The notes: a model not told the origin generated them from the sequence alone. Counted from the first letter of the stretch, positions 30,378 through 40,876 are shown. The stretch: DNA of 64,000 bases from Acidobacteriota bacterium (GCA_021781455.1 JAJXWV010000078.1:3991-67990), one strand, 5' to 3'. Program-made: numbers and translations.

Positions 30378-32297
30378 TCATGCGTGCACCGGGGCCGCTG
30401 GCGCCGGGACTGCCGGCGTCGCGGAGTAGCGCCGATAGGCCTTCAATCCATCCCACCCGATCACGATTGCCGCGACCAGCAGCAGCGCCGCGACCACGAT
30501 CATGGCCCAGGCACCGGCCACCGGAAGCCCGCTCATCTTCGGATTCGCGGCGATGGTCACATAGAGATTTCGAGCCGTGACGATCGTGGCGAACAACGTG
30601 GTGAAGTACATGAACAGCATCGGATAGAGGGCGTAACTCGGATTCCGCTTCTCCGACTTCAGCCAGACCGAGACCACCAGCAGGCTCAGCGCCGCCATGA
30701 GCTGATTCGAGGCGCCGAACATCTGCCACAGGTACACCCACGTCCCGGTGAGCACCAGGGCCATGGTGAGCAGCATCGAGATGATGCTCGAGACGTGCAT
30801 GTTGCGGACGAGAGGAATCGTCTCGCCGACCCATTCGGTCAGCGTCACGCGCATGACGCGGAAGACCAGCTGCGTCACGGTGAGCACGATCATGACGAAG
30901 GCACCGAACCCCAGGGCCGTGCCGAAGACCTCGGGGATGACCGTGAACGTGCCGGCGTAGATCAGTTTGCCGACGCCTGCTGCGAAACGGCCGCCACCAC
31001 CGCCCGCACCCGCGATGGAGACTGCCATCAGCGAGAGAAGGGCCAGCGTGTACTCGCCGAACATCGAGCCGGCGCCGACCGGAAGGCCATCGGTCTCGTA
31101 CTCGAGCTGCCGGGCGGTGCCGACCGATCCGACCAGAGCATGCCAGCCGGAGATCGCGCCACAGGCGATCGTCACGAACAGCATCGGCCACAGCGGCTGC
31201 CACGCCGCTCCGGCCTGCGGCCAGGCGAACCCGAGGTTCTTCACAGCGGCCAGAGCAAAGGCGCCGATCGTGTTCCCGGCCGAGTCCACCACCCCGGTCA
31301 GCGGTGCGACGAGAGCACCGATGGCGCTCAGAACGATCGTAATGAGCATCACCCAGAATCCGATGTAGTTGACCGGCTGCGCGAAACGCCAGATGGGCAT
31401 GTTCGCGCCCATGTACGAGAAGACGAACAGGAACAGCATCCACAGGAGATAGTTCGGAAGCGTCTTCACCAGTCCGGTCGCCGCGTCGTAGGCAGACGTG
31501 GTCGGCCGCTTGCCGTCCTTGCCCGGGACCGGGACGCGCGGATCGGAGTTCGTGGGATCAACGATGCTGATGAGAGGTTGTTTGTCCGAGATCTTGTCCA
31601 CCGTGGCATTCAAGCCGGCGATGGCGCGGCCGACCGGCCCCTGCACAAGGGCACCGTTGGCGTCCTTGTGCTGCCCCATCGGACCGACGGCCATGGCCGC
31701 GAGCGTCACCGCCACGACGATCCCGGTGACGACGATCAGGTCCATCTTCCACCGGTACATCATCTGGCCCGCGAGCAGGCCCATGAGAGCCAGCATGATG
31801 ATCCCCAGAGGAACGTCGGGACGGGCCGAAAGGATGGCCGCCAGGATTCCGACGAACGCTCCGGCCAGCAGCATCAGATAGAAAAAGATGAAGACGAAGA
31901 GAATCGTCCGGGTGCGCGGAGCGATGAGTTTGTGCGAGATCGCACTCAGGCTGTTTCCGTCGTTGCGGACGGCAACCATGATGGCCGAGTAATCGCTGAC
32001 CCAGCCGATGAAGCTGACCCCGATGACCAGCCACAGCAGCGAGGGAAACCATCCCCAGATGTTCGCCGCGGTGATGACCCCGACGATGGGCCCTGCCGCG
32101 GCAATCGACTTGAAGTGGTAGCCGTAGAGGACGTTCTTGCTCGTCGGCATGAAGTCGACACCGTCCATGTACATGGTGGCCGGCGTTGCGCGTTTGACGT
32201 CGGTCTGGATGACGCTTCGGTCGATTCGACGCGCGTAGTAGTTGTAGGCCACATAGATGACGATCACCGCGATGACCACGATCCACAACGTGTTCAT
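30378..32297 (-). CDS. cstA: Carbon starvation protein A (CstA/BtsT peptide or pyruvate transporter family)
   Basis: TPA..DGVDF.P, GYHFKSIAAAGPIVG, LFVTIACGAISGWH, WQMFGASNQL; many TM helices. Confidence 0.93.
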   Translation of the reverse strand: MNTLWIVVIAVIVIYVAYNYYARRIDRSVIQTDVKRATPATMYMDGVDFMPTSKNVLYGYHFKSIAAAGPIVGVITAANIWGWFPSLLWLVIGVSFIGWVSDYSAIMVAVRNDGNSLSAISHKLIAPRTRTILFVFIFFYLMLLAGAFVGILAAILSARPDVPLGIIMLALMGLLAGQMMYRWKMDLIVVTGIVVAVTLAAMAVGPMGQHKDANGALVQGPVGRAIAGLNATVDKISDKQPLISIVDPTNSDPRVPVPGKDGKRPTTSAYDAATGLVKTLPNYLLWMLFLFVFSYMGANMPIWRFAQPVNYIGFWVMLITIVLSAIGALVAPLTGVVDSAGNTIGAFALAAVKNLGFAWPQAGAAWQPLWPMLFVTIACGAISGWHALVGSVGTARQLEYETDGLPVGAGSMFGEYTLALLSLMAVSIAGAGGGGGRFAAGVGKLIYAGTFTVIPEVFGTALGFGAFVMIVLTVTQLVFRVMRVTLTEWVGETIPLVRNMHVSSIISMLLTMALVLTGTWVYLWQMFGASNQLMAALSLLVVSVWLKSEKRNPSYALYPMLFMYFTTLFATIVTARNLYVTIAANPKMSGLPVAGAWAMIVVAALLLVAAIVIGWDGLKAYRRYSATPAVPAPAAPVHA

Positions 32298-32717
32298 GGA
32301 ACGCTCCTCCTATCGTTCGGGTGAGATGGCCGATGTGCGGTCGCGGGGCGAGAGGGGACCGGGCCAGAGCGTTCGTGTTCAGACCCGATACCGAGTCATC
32401 GAAGCGACTGCGTGATTGCTGCTCAATTACCACTTTTCCAGCGGGAATGCCGTGATTCAGAGATAACGATATCAGGTGTTCTTGCTCCGCGCTCCGCCAG
32501 AGGCCGTGCTCCTGCGCGAAGCACTCTGGAGTGCGGCGCCTTGCTGCCGCTTTGCCATGCGTAGCCGAAATGGATGCACCAAACGGCGACCGGCATTCCG
32601 AGGGCGCGCTCTTCATGTTCGCCTGAGCGTCAATGCGCCTTAGAATCAGCGGGTTCGCACCGCGGCCGAATGGAGACTGCCCTCCTCCTCCGGCCTCTGA
32701 TCCCTTTTGAACCCGCC

Positions 32718-34436
32718 ATGAACGACAAGCGAAATCTCATCGCCCAGTGGGCGTTCGACACGCGGCCGCTCCTGCTGCGTTTTCACCTCTGGCTCGAAGA
32801 CGTGGAGGTGGAGCGCGCGCAGGACGGTCCCGTCTCCGCCGTCACCTTCACGCCGCGCGGCATCGCCCGCTGCCTGGCCATGACCTCCGCCGCCACCGCC
32901 CTCGGCACACGCCTCTTCGGCGATTTCGGAGCTGGAGCGGGCAAAGACAAGGTGACCTACAACCAGTTCAAGAAGTCGGCTGACGCCATCAGCGCCTACG
33001 CGATGAGCGAAGGGCTGTGGAGCCTCACCCGCACGCTTCCGGAAAACCACGCCATCATGGTGTCGCTGGGCGAAGGGCTCATGCCGAAAGCGGGGGAGAC
33101 CCCGGAGATGGGGGCCAACCCGCTCCTCGGATTCGGCCGCGTCTACGCTCGTCCCGAAGTGGCGAAGACCGTCGATCGCCGGGTGCGCCGGCTGCTCAAC
33201 GAGCCGGGACACACGTTCGAGCAGTTCCACGGATGGCTGAAGAATCGCGGCATCACGCTGTGGGGCGCGGCGGTCGACACGCTGGAGTGCACATCGCGCT
33301 TCGCCGAAGGAAAGGCGACCGGGCCGATGACGGTGTTGCACCTGTTCGACTCGCCGCTGAAGATGGCGCGGCCGTACGAGTCGTACATCGGCTGCCTGAC
33401 CGTGCCGCGACGCGTGACTGCCGCCGCCGAGGCGGCGTCGGTGCTGCTCGATTACCGGACGCCGCGCAAACAGGTCGTCGAGTGCATCGAGAAAGCCTAT
33501 CCCGGCATCCACCGCGAGAACATTCACGTCTGGACCCTTCGCGGGAAGAGCCGTGAGACGCGGCTTCGGCCGCTCTGGGACGAATGGACGGCACTGGGCG
33601 TGAATCTCGTCGACGACGGATGGAAGACGCCCTCCGGCATCGCCGTCTTCACCGACTCCGGGACGTACGCGCCGACATTCCTGGTCGGCTCATTTGCAGC
33701 GAACGGGCAGACACACGTCTTTCTCTGCGACGGCTATGCCGCGTCGGCCGAGGCAATGCAGGCGGCCAGTCTGTGCGAGGTGCTCGACGTCGACGCCACC
33801 ATGCAGGTCTTCTCGTCGACCTTCGAGCTGCCGATCGCGGCCGAAGCGCGGGCCATGGCCGGCGATGGCGATTTCGGCGGCGACGCGAAGATGGCCGAGC
33901 GCTACCGGCAGGCCATCCGCGATGCCGAGCTCTCCAACGTCCCGCTGCGCAAGCGCGTTCTCCGCGCGGATGATTTCCTTCCCGAGAAGGATTGGAGCGT
34001 GCTGGCGAGCGTGGGCTACATGTGCGATGACCCGTACACAGGCGCGCCCGGCGTCGTCCAGGTCGGCGACGGCGTCTACAAAGTGACGACGCGCCTGGCC
34101 ACTCGCAGGGCGTCGTCGAAGATCACGTTCACGCTGCGGCTCATGGAATCGCTCGAGCAGGCCCGCCAGGTGTTCAGCCCTCTGCTGGTGCGCTTCTTCT
34201 CCGGCGTCGATCACACCCGCCGGCCGGTCAAGATCTCCGACTCCGGCAGAATCCGCAACGAGCTGCAGACGATGCTCTCGCAGGCGCTCGAACACCACGG
34301 CGAGATGATCCGCGTGCACTTCGACCGCATCGACCCGCAGGTGCTGCCGATCGAGAAGCAGAATTCAATCCGCACCGTCCTCGAGTGGTACAAGCGCGAG
34401 CACCCGGTGTGGTTCGACTGGCTGGAGATCGGGTAG
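32718..34436 (+). CDS. Divergent GlpX (class II fructose-1,6-bisphosphatase)-like protein
   Basis: KKSADAISAYAM, VSLGEG, AVDTLECT resemble GlpX motifs; protein is much longer than GlpX. Confidence 0.55.
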   Translation: MNDKRNLIAQWAFDTRPLLLRFHLWLEDVEVERAQDGPVSAVTFTPRGIARCLAMTSAATALGTRLFGDFGAGAGKDKVTYNQFKKSADAISAYAMSEGLWSLTRTLPENHAIMVSLGEGLMPKAGETPEMGANPLLGFGRVYARPEVAKTVDRRVRRLLNEPGHTFEQFHGWLKNRGITLWGAAVDTLECTSRFAEGKATGPMTVLHLFDSPLKMARPYESYIGCLTVPRRVTAAAEAASVLLDYRTPRKQVVECIEKAYPGIHRENIHVWTLRGKSRETRLRPLWDEWTALGVNLVDDGWKTPSGIAVFTDSGTYAPTFLVGSFAANGQTHVFLCDGYAASAEAMQAASLCEVLDVDATMQVFSSTFELPIAAEARAMAGDGDFGGDAKMAERYRQAIRDAELSNVPLRKRVLRADDFLPEKDWSVLASVGYMCDDPYTGAPGVVQVGDGVYKVTTRLATRRASSKITFTLRLMESLEQARQVFSPLLVRFFSGVDHTRRPVKISDSGRIRNELQTMLSQALEHHGEMIRVHFDRIDPQVLPIEKQNSIRTVLEWYKREHPVWFDWLEIG

Positions 34437-34440
34437 GCAT

Positions 34441-34549
34441 CACGAGACCGCGGAAAACACGAGATACACGAACAATGGAGAGCATGAGGCGGACAGACGA
34501 GAGAGAGCCTGCGCCTCGTGCTCTGACCCCTTTCGTGTGTTTCGTGGTT
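34441..34549. repeat. Degenerate nonamer element with inverted arms (ACACGAA / TTCGTGT)
   Basis: AACACGAGATACACGAA ... TTCGTGTGTTTCGTGGTT. Confidence 0.6.
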
Positions 34550-34628
34550 TGTGCATCGCCATTGCACGCCGCTATCATCATGCCACCCGTACAACTGAAT
34601 ACGACCTGACGCCCCGACGGAGGATCTG

Positions 34629-35057
34629 ATGAAGAACCTTTCCGACGTTCTGAAAGCAAAGGGGACGACCGTGTTTTCCGTGCGCCCGACCGACAACGTG
34701 CACGATGCCGTGAAACTGATGGACGAGAAGGGGGTGGGCGCTCTGCTCGTCGTCACGGAAGACGGCCTGGCGGGCATCCTCTCGGAGCGCGATGTGGCGC
34801 GCAAGATCACGCTCACCGGAAGGATCGCCCGGCAGACGCCGACCTCGGAAATCATGACCGACCACGTCACCTGCGTCGCTCCCGACCTCGACATTCACGA
34901 GGCCATGGCGATCATGACCGAACAGCGGGTGCGCCACCTCCCGGTGCTCAACGGTAAACAGCTCGTCGGCGTCGTCTCGATCGGCGATCTGGTGAAGGCG
35001 ATCATCGAAGACCAGAAGTTCACGATCGAGCAGCTGCAGAACTACATCACGTCGTGA
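34629..35057 (+). CDS. CBS-domain pair protein
   Basis: GILSERD, VRHLPV, GVVSIGDLVK; GGAGG RBS. Confidence 0.93.
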   Translation: MKNLSDVLKAKGTTVFSVRPTDNVHDAVKLMDEKGVGALLVVTEDGLAGILSERDVARKITLTGRIARQTPTSEIMTDHVTCVAPDLDIHEAMAIMTEQRVRHLPVLNGKQLVGVVSIGDLVKAIIEDQKFTIEQLQNYITS

Positions 35058-35309
35058 GCGGCTGAGGGCAGGGCCGCCCCCGTCACTCTGAGCCGGCGGA
35101 GCCGCGGGGAAGGGTGGTTGGGTGGAGCGGCGCAGCGCGGCGAAGAGTCTCAAAATTGCACGATCGCGGTGAGCCTGCTGTCACACGCGATCCGCTCCCG
35201 CCTAACCATCGTCCCGGTAAGAGACTCTTCGCCGCGCTCCACCGCCCCCGCCCATCCACCACCCCCGCGGTTTGGGTTTGCTCGTGTTCGCGGAAACCGC
35301 GTGGTTCCC

Positions 35310-35447
35310 AGGGACTTCGTGGCCTCGATTTCCGTGACCGACAAGGAGCTCCGCGCTCGCGATTTCATCTCCAGCTTCGCCGGCATCTGCCGCACGATCA
35401 CGCCGATTGCCCGCTTCGTGGCGCGGGCACTCGACATGGCGTGGTGA
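35310..35447 (+). pseudogene. C-terminal remnant resembling a DUF2461 (TIGR02453) protein
   Basis: RDFVASISVTDKEL.ARDFISSFAGICRTITPIARFVARALDMAW; no matching N-terminus. Confidence 0.45.
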
Positions 35448-35621
35448 AACGGAGAGCGGAACTCCGTTCCGCAGTCGCCGGCGGTCCCTCGCCGGCGACT
35501 TTCGCGCGGCGATCGCCGAGGTCGGCCGCGGAGACCGCGGCCGACTGCGGGTCGGGAGACCCGCGCTCCACTCGCGACTAGCCCAAGACCGGAGACGCGA
35601 CCGGCGAAGCGGCCAGACCGC

Positions 35622-36420
35622 TCAGCGAATCTGCACTCCGTCGGCCTGCGACAGATCCAAAGCACTCGGTGCATCGCGCGTGCCCCACGTGTAGTACAGG
35701 CCGAGGTAGCTGACCCGTGTGATGCTCGCCGGCGACGGAGTGGCCGCCCATGAACAGCAGGCTGAGGGTGCCGCGGAGCGTGTAGTAGCCGCCGGCGTCG
35801 AGCAGCGTCGACCCGCGCGAGTCGATGCTCGGCGCCCCCTGATGGAACACTTCCCCGCCTAACGTCAGCCGGTTCGAAAGCTGGCGCTGCAAGAGCCACC
35901 CGGCGAAGGGCGCATCCTTCATCCCCGGCGCGCGGTTGATCACGTATCCGCCGCCGCCATAGGTCGTCCATGGTCCGTTGCTCTTCTGAAGCCAGATCGG
36001 GAGCCTCGCCCAGAGGTGGCCGTTGCCGAGGCCGCGGGAAGCATTGCCGGTCGGAAGCTCGAGCATCGGGAAAGCCCCGATCTGCGGCCGAACCTTCGTT
36101 TCTTCGACGAAGCGGTACTTGATTCCGAGCTCGATGTCGCCGAGGCCATGCGAACCGTCCGGACTCACACCAGCGACGGGCACGACGATGTGGAATTGAA
36201 GGTTCGGCGCGAAGCCGGCGTTGAACTCGAACGCGGGCCACGCCGTTGTCGTGACGTCCGATCGATCGGCGGTTCCGAACAGATAGGCCTCGAAATGGCG
36301 ATACGGCACCGGTTCGGGGTCGTCAGTCTGGAAAGGCGGACCGGCGAGAGCGCCCGTGGCGCTGCATAGAAGCGTGAATGCGAAGAGCAGCCGCGCGAAT
36401 CTCGTGAAAGCGAGAGACAT
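35622..36420 (-). CDS. Putative outer-membrane beta-barrel (GPPFxTDDP family); frameshift near 35715
   Basis: Signal peptide, GPPFQTDDPEPV, GLGDIELGIKYRF. Removing one base at CCC 35714-35716 restores the terminal strand VSYLGLYYTW. Confidence 0.75.
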
Positions 36421-36423
36421 ACC

Positions 36424-36479
36424 GAGTGCTGAGTCCTGAGTCCTGAGGTCGCCCCACTCAGGACTCAGCACTCAGGACT
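36424..36479. repeat. Heptamer element with inverted arms (GAGTGCT/GAGTCCT versus AGGACTC/AGCACTC)
   Basis: Arms 36424-36447 and 36457-36479. Confidence 0.9.
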
Positions 36480-36742
36480 TCTAAGAGGGCGGACATTACT
36501 CGAGATCTTCAGGTTCGTTGTCCGCGAGCTCGTCGAGCAAGTCCTCCGGATCCCGTGGCGGATTCTCGCCACTGTGCTCCTCCCGCCCTGCCCCTTCGTA
36601 GCCCAGAGCTTCGGATCCGACAATGGCATCGATTGTCTTGTCGTCTTCGGTCGGCCGTTTCTCGTCACTCATGCTTTCGAACGCAGCAAGGGGCGCGCCG
36701 GAAAAAGAGCCGGCGGTCGTCCTGGAGAGGAATTTCCGGTCG

Positions 36743-39700
36743 TCACTGCGTTCCCGCTCGCAGCTCGGTGAGCTGTCCCGCCTTGATCACCGTGAGCGTT
36801 GCCGAGACGGTGCCGTCGGTGTAGCTGAGTGTGGGTAGCCCGATTGTCGATCGTGCACCATCGAGTGCAGCGCGGAGCTCGGTAAGGTGCAGGCGTTTGA
36901 TCGTCGTGCTCCCCGCCGAGAGAGTCGAATCCGTGAAGGCGGCCGGCGCTAGTCCGGCTGCCGCGCGCATCGCGTTGACTGCCGTGCGCAGTTGCGTGAT
37001 GTGCACAGCCTTGATCCAAACACCGCTGAGAACGGCGTCGTCGAAGACGGTCGTCGTGGCGGGGTCGATGGCCGTGAACGCCGACGTGCCGCCAGCGACT
37101 GTCGCGCGAACCTTGTAGAGATAGGTCGTGTCTGTGGCGAGCCCGCTGTCGGTTTCCGACGTTCCCGCAGGACTGGAGACGAGGGTGTATGGACCGTTGA
37201 GTGAGCTTCGCCAGACCTCGTAACCCGTCGCATCGGTGACGGTGGACCAGGTCAGATCCACCTGCGAGCTGCTCGTCGCCGTGGCGGAGAGCGATGCTGG
37301 CGCATTGAGGGCGTAGTACGTGAAGCCATTCACTGCTGTGGCGCTGCCGCCACTCCCAGCAACGACGACGTCCACGGCGCCCACCGCATGCGCAGGAGTC
37401 GTGAACGTCGCCGTCGTGTCCATCGTGCTCGTCATCGCCGCTGCGTTGCCGCCGATCGTCACGCTCGCCTCCGAGAGGGCGTAGCCCGTGATCGTGACCT
37501 GGTCCCCTCCTGCCGCGCGGCCATTGCTCGGGTTGATGCTGATGATCGTGGGAGCGGCGTTCCCTGTGATCAGCACGAGGCGCTGGATGCTCGGAATGGC
37601 GTTCGTAACGATCGTGGCGCGATAGCAGCCGTTGGCGAGCCCCGCCAGCCGCGGCGTGCGGAAGAACTGATCGCTCCATGGCCCCCCCGGACCGACGAAC
37701 AGCGTCTGGTCGTTGTCCACGCGCTGCAGTTGGAGGAGGGGGTAGTTCGTTGGGGAACTGTTGAACGAACCGTTGGACGATTCGAAGCCTCCGCGGAAGC
37801 CGTTGCCGAAGAGCATGATCGTAGCCGGCTGGGAAAAGCCCCAATCTACGGCAACGATGACGGGGCGCATGGAATCGGCAAAGCCGGCACCCGCGTCGTA
37901 GAGCTCGGCCGTCACGGAGCCGTCGCCTGTGTTCCCACCTGCAATGAGTACCTTCCCGTTCGGCAGCAGCGTCGCCCCGTGGGCGTCGCGTGACGTGCCG
38001 AGACTTCCAGTGGCGGCGAACAACCCGCTTGCCGGGTCGTACAACTCGGCCGACGACAGGCGTCCGGCGGTTCCGTCCCCGCCGGCGAACAGCACCTTGC
38101 CGTTCGCGAGCAACGTCGCCGTACCGCTGCCGCGTCCTTCGACCAGGTTTCCGGTATTGCTGAACGAGCCGCTCGTCAGGTCGTACAACTCGGCCGAAGC
38201 CCGATAACCGCCGGGGCCGCTTCCACCGGCGATCAGCACCTTCCCGTTCGGCAGCAGCGTCGCCGTATGGAGATACCGCGCCGTCGCGAGACTGCCTGTG
38301 GCTGTGAACGTCCCGCTCACCGGATCGTATAGCTCTGCCGATGTCGTGTACCCCGGACCATAGCCGCTCGCAATGAGCACCTTGCCGTTCGGCAGCAGAG
38401 TCGCGGTGTGGTGGCCGCGTGCTGTGATCAGGCTGCCCGTCGCTGTGAACGTGTGGTTTACCGAGTCGTACACCTCGGCCGACGACAGGTAGACGTCTGT
38501 GTATCCGCCGGCAATGAGCACATTCCCGTTTGGCAACAGCGTCGCCGTGTGGAGCTGCCGGCCCGTGGCGAGACTTCCGCCCGCTGTGAACAAGCCGGTG
38601 AACGGGTCGTACAGTTCGGCCGAGGTCGCGTACCCGGTTGCGCCAATGCCGCCGGCAACGAGAACCTTCCCGTCGGTCAGTAGCGTCGCCGTATGCGAGA
38701 TGCGTCCGGTGGCCAGGCTACCCGTGGCCGTGAATGTCCCGGTCGACGGTTCATACAGCTCGGCCGAAGCGAGATACCCGCCGCTGCCGAAACCGCCGAC
38801 GACCAGGACTCTGCCGTCCGTCAGCATCGTCATCGTCGGATACTGCCGGCCCGCAGTGGGACTTCCCGTGCCCGCAAACACGCCCACGGCCGGGTCGTAC
38901 AGCTCGGCCGATATGGAGGACCCGCCGGCAATCAGCACCTTCCCATTCGACAACAAGGTCGCCGTCGCAATACCACGCTCGCCCGCGAGAGTTCCGGCGT
39001 TGCTGAACGTTCCGCCTACCGGGTCATACAGTTCGGCCGAGGTCAGGGGCGAGCCGAGCCTGACGCCGCCGGCAAAGAGCACTGTACCGTTCGGCAGCAG
39101 CGTCGCCGACACGTAGTAACGCGCGATGGCGAGACTTCCCGTGTTGCTGAACGTGCCCAACTCAGGGTCGTAGAGTTCAGCCGAGGTCAGGCCGGCGTAG
39201 CCGCTGGCGGCGTTTCCACCAGCGATCAGCACCTTTCCGTTCGCCAGCAACGTTGACGAATGGAGATACCGCGCCGTGCCAAGGCTTCCCGTGGCGCTGA
39301 ACGTGCCGCTCGCCGGATCGTAGAGCTCGGCCGACGCCAGGACAGTGGTTGTGTAACCAGCACCCTGCCCACCGGAGATCAGCACCTTCCCGTTGGCAAG
39401 CAGCGTTGCCGTGTGCTCGAACCTCCATGTGGTCATGTCTCCCGTGGCGCTGAACGTGCCGCTCGTCGGATCGTACAACTCCGCCGACTTCAAGAGCGCC
39501 GTCCTTCCTTCCCCGCCAGCGATCAGGACCTTCCCGTTCGGCAGCAGTGTCGCCGTATGGCGGTCCCGGCTGAAGCCCATGGTCCCGGTGACGCTGAACG
39601 TCCCTGTCGCCGGGTCGTACAGTTCTGCCGACTGTCCGACGATCAGCACCTTCCCGTTCGGCAGCAGCGTTGCCGTGTGGTAGGCCCGAGCCCCGCTCAT

Positions 39701-40654
39701 GCTTCCGGTGGCGCTGAACGTGCCGGTTGCCGGGTCGAACAACTCGGCCGACGCCAATGGCTCGATGTTGCCGTCGTATCCGCCGGCGATCAAGACCTTC
39801 CCATTCGGCAGCAGTGTCGCCGTATGGGTCCCCCTTGCAGTGCCAAGACTTCCTGTGACGCTGAACGATGGATCAACGACCAGCGGATATGCGAGTCCCT
39901 CCGTGCTCAGCGTCATGCGAAGGGTCTGCGTGGCCTTTCCATCGCCGACGAGCGTCCACTTCGCATGTGACTCGGAACGCCGCCCCGCCGCATCGACCAC
40001 CCACGGCCGGTCGATCTGCAGGATGGCGGGCAACTGACTGAACCGCCCTGACGCGATTGTGGTGGAAACTTTACTCGTCTTGGGCAGAAAGCGGATGGCT
40101 CCTCCGTCCATCACCACGGCGCTTACCCCGCGCATCTCCACGATTTCGTAGTCGTAGACGAGCGGTGCGCTCTTGTCATGCAGCAAGAGCAGCTCTTCGC
40201 TGCGTCCGCTGTCCGGAATTTCGAGAACATCGACCGAGCCGTACGTGCCCTGATAGATCAGCTTTCCGTTTGTGGCCTCCGCCAGCGCGCCGCGGGCGTC
40301 GACAGCGCGCAGAACAACGCGTTGGCTACCGAGCGTGACGACCAGAGGATCCTTGTAGAACCGGGGCCAGGTTATGTGCAGCGTCGTTGCGGCGTCCGCG
40401 AGTGCCGTTGGGTCGGGAATTCCGGGCAGATCAGCTCTTGACGAAGCTTGCTCGAAGTGTGCGCGCAAGCCTGACACGACAGCACGGCCAACCGTCTCCA
40501 CGGCTGGTTCGAATGTCGCCGAAGTCTGGACTGGCACGGAGGGGAACTCGTCGCGCAGCTGCCGCTCGACCGGATGCATCGGCGCAGCGTCGAGCGTCAG
40601 GGCCGCGCAGAACAGCAGCATGGAACTCGCAGGGACCGATCTGGCAGACCGCAT
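36743..40654 (-). CDS. Secreted kelch-repeat protein (14 repeats) with IPT/TIG, FN3 and C-terminal IKAxHxTxLR repeats
   Basis: 14 units of HTATLLPNGKVLIAGG...SAELYDP; YPLVVDP before the repeats; GGAGG RBS. Confidence 0.9.
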   Translation of the reverse strand: MRSARSVPASSMLLFCAALTLDAAPMHPVERQLRDEFPSVPVQTSATFEPAVETVGRAVVSGLRAHFEQASSRADLPGIPDPTALADAATTLHITWPRFYKDPLVVTLGSQRVVLRAVDARGALAEATNGKLIYQGTYGSVDVLEIPDSGRSEELLLLHDKSAPLVYDYEIVEMRGVSAVVMDGGAIRFLPKTSKVSTTIASGRFSQLPAILQIDRPWVVDAAGRRSESHAKWTLVGDGKATQTLRMTLSTEGLAYPLVVDPSFSVTGSLGTARGTHTATLLPNGKVLIAGGYDGNIEPLASAELFDPATGTFSATGSMSGARAYHTATLLPNGKVLIVGQSAELYDPATGTFSVTGTMGFSRDRHTATLLPNGKVLIAGGEGRTALLKSAELYDPTSGTFSATGDMTTWRFEHTATLLANGKVLISGGQGAGYTTTVLASAELYDPASGTFSATGSLGTARYLHSSTLLANGKVLIAGGNAASGYAGLTSAELYDPELGTFSNTGSLAIARYYVSATLLPNGTVLFAGGVRLGSPLTSAELYDPVGGTFSNAGTLAGERGIATATLLSNGKVLIAGGSSISAELYDPAVGVFAGTGSPTAGRQYPTMTMLTDGRVLVVGGFGSGGYLASAELYEPSTGTFTATGSLATGRISHTATLLTDGKVLVAGGIGATGYATSAELYDPFTGLFTAGGSLATGRQLHTATLLPNGNVLIAGGYTDVYLSSAEVYDSVNHTFTATGSLITARGHHTATLLPNGKVLIASGYGPGYTTSAELYDPVSGTFTATGSLATARYLHTATLLPNGKVLIAGGSGPGGYRASAELYDLTSGSFSNTGNLVEGRGSGTATLLANGKVLFAGGDGTAGRLSSAELYDPASGLFAATGSLGTSRDAHGATLLPNGKVLIAGGNTGDGSVTAELYDAGAGFADSMRPVIVAVDWGFSQPATIMLFGNGFRGGFESSNGSFNSSPTNYPLLQLQRVDNDQTLFVGPGGPWSDQFFRTPRLAGLANGCYRATIVTNAIPSIQRLVLITGNAAPTIISINPSNGRAAGGDQVTITGYALSEASVTIGGNAAAMTSTMDTTATFTTPAHAVGAVDVVVAGSGGSATAVNGFTYYALNAPASLSATATSSSQVDLTWSTVTDATGYEVWRSSLNGPYTLVSSPAGTSETDSGLATDTTYLYKVRATVAGGTSAFTAIDPATTTVFDDAVLSGVWIKAVHITQLRTAVNAMRAAAGLAPAAFTDSTLSAGSTTIKRLHLTELRAALDGARSTIGLPTLSYTDGTVSATLTVIKAGQLTELRAGTQ

Positions 40655-40876
40655 TCCGTCGCCTCCGTTGGCTGTTCGTGCAAGAGGGCCGGCGCGCGCG
40701 TAGTGGACGCCAGGACGAATCGGACGATCAGCGGGATCATCGACCACGTGTTGTGGAGTGCGATCACGCTGTCAGCTTTGCCACTAGAGGGCCGTGACCC
40801 GCGCCACCGGTCACTGTTCGACGAGAGAGGCGATTCCTTGTGGAGATGCGCCGTGTCGCGTCAGACACCTCCAAAC

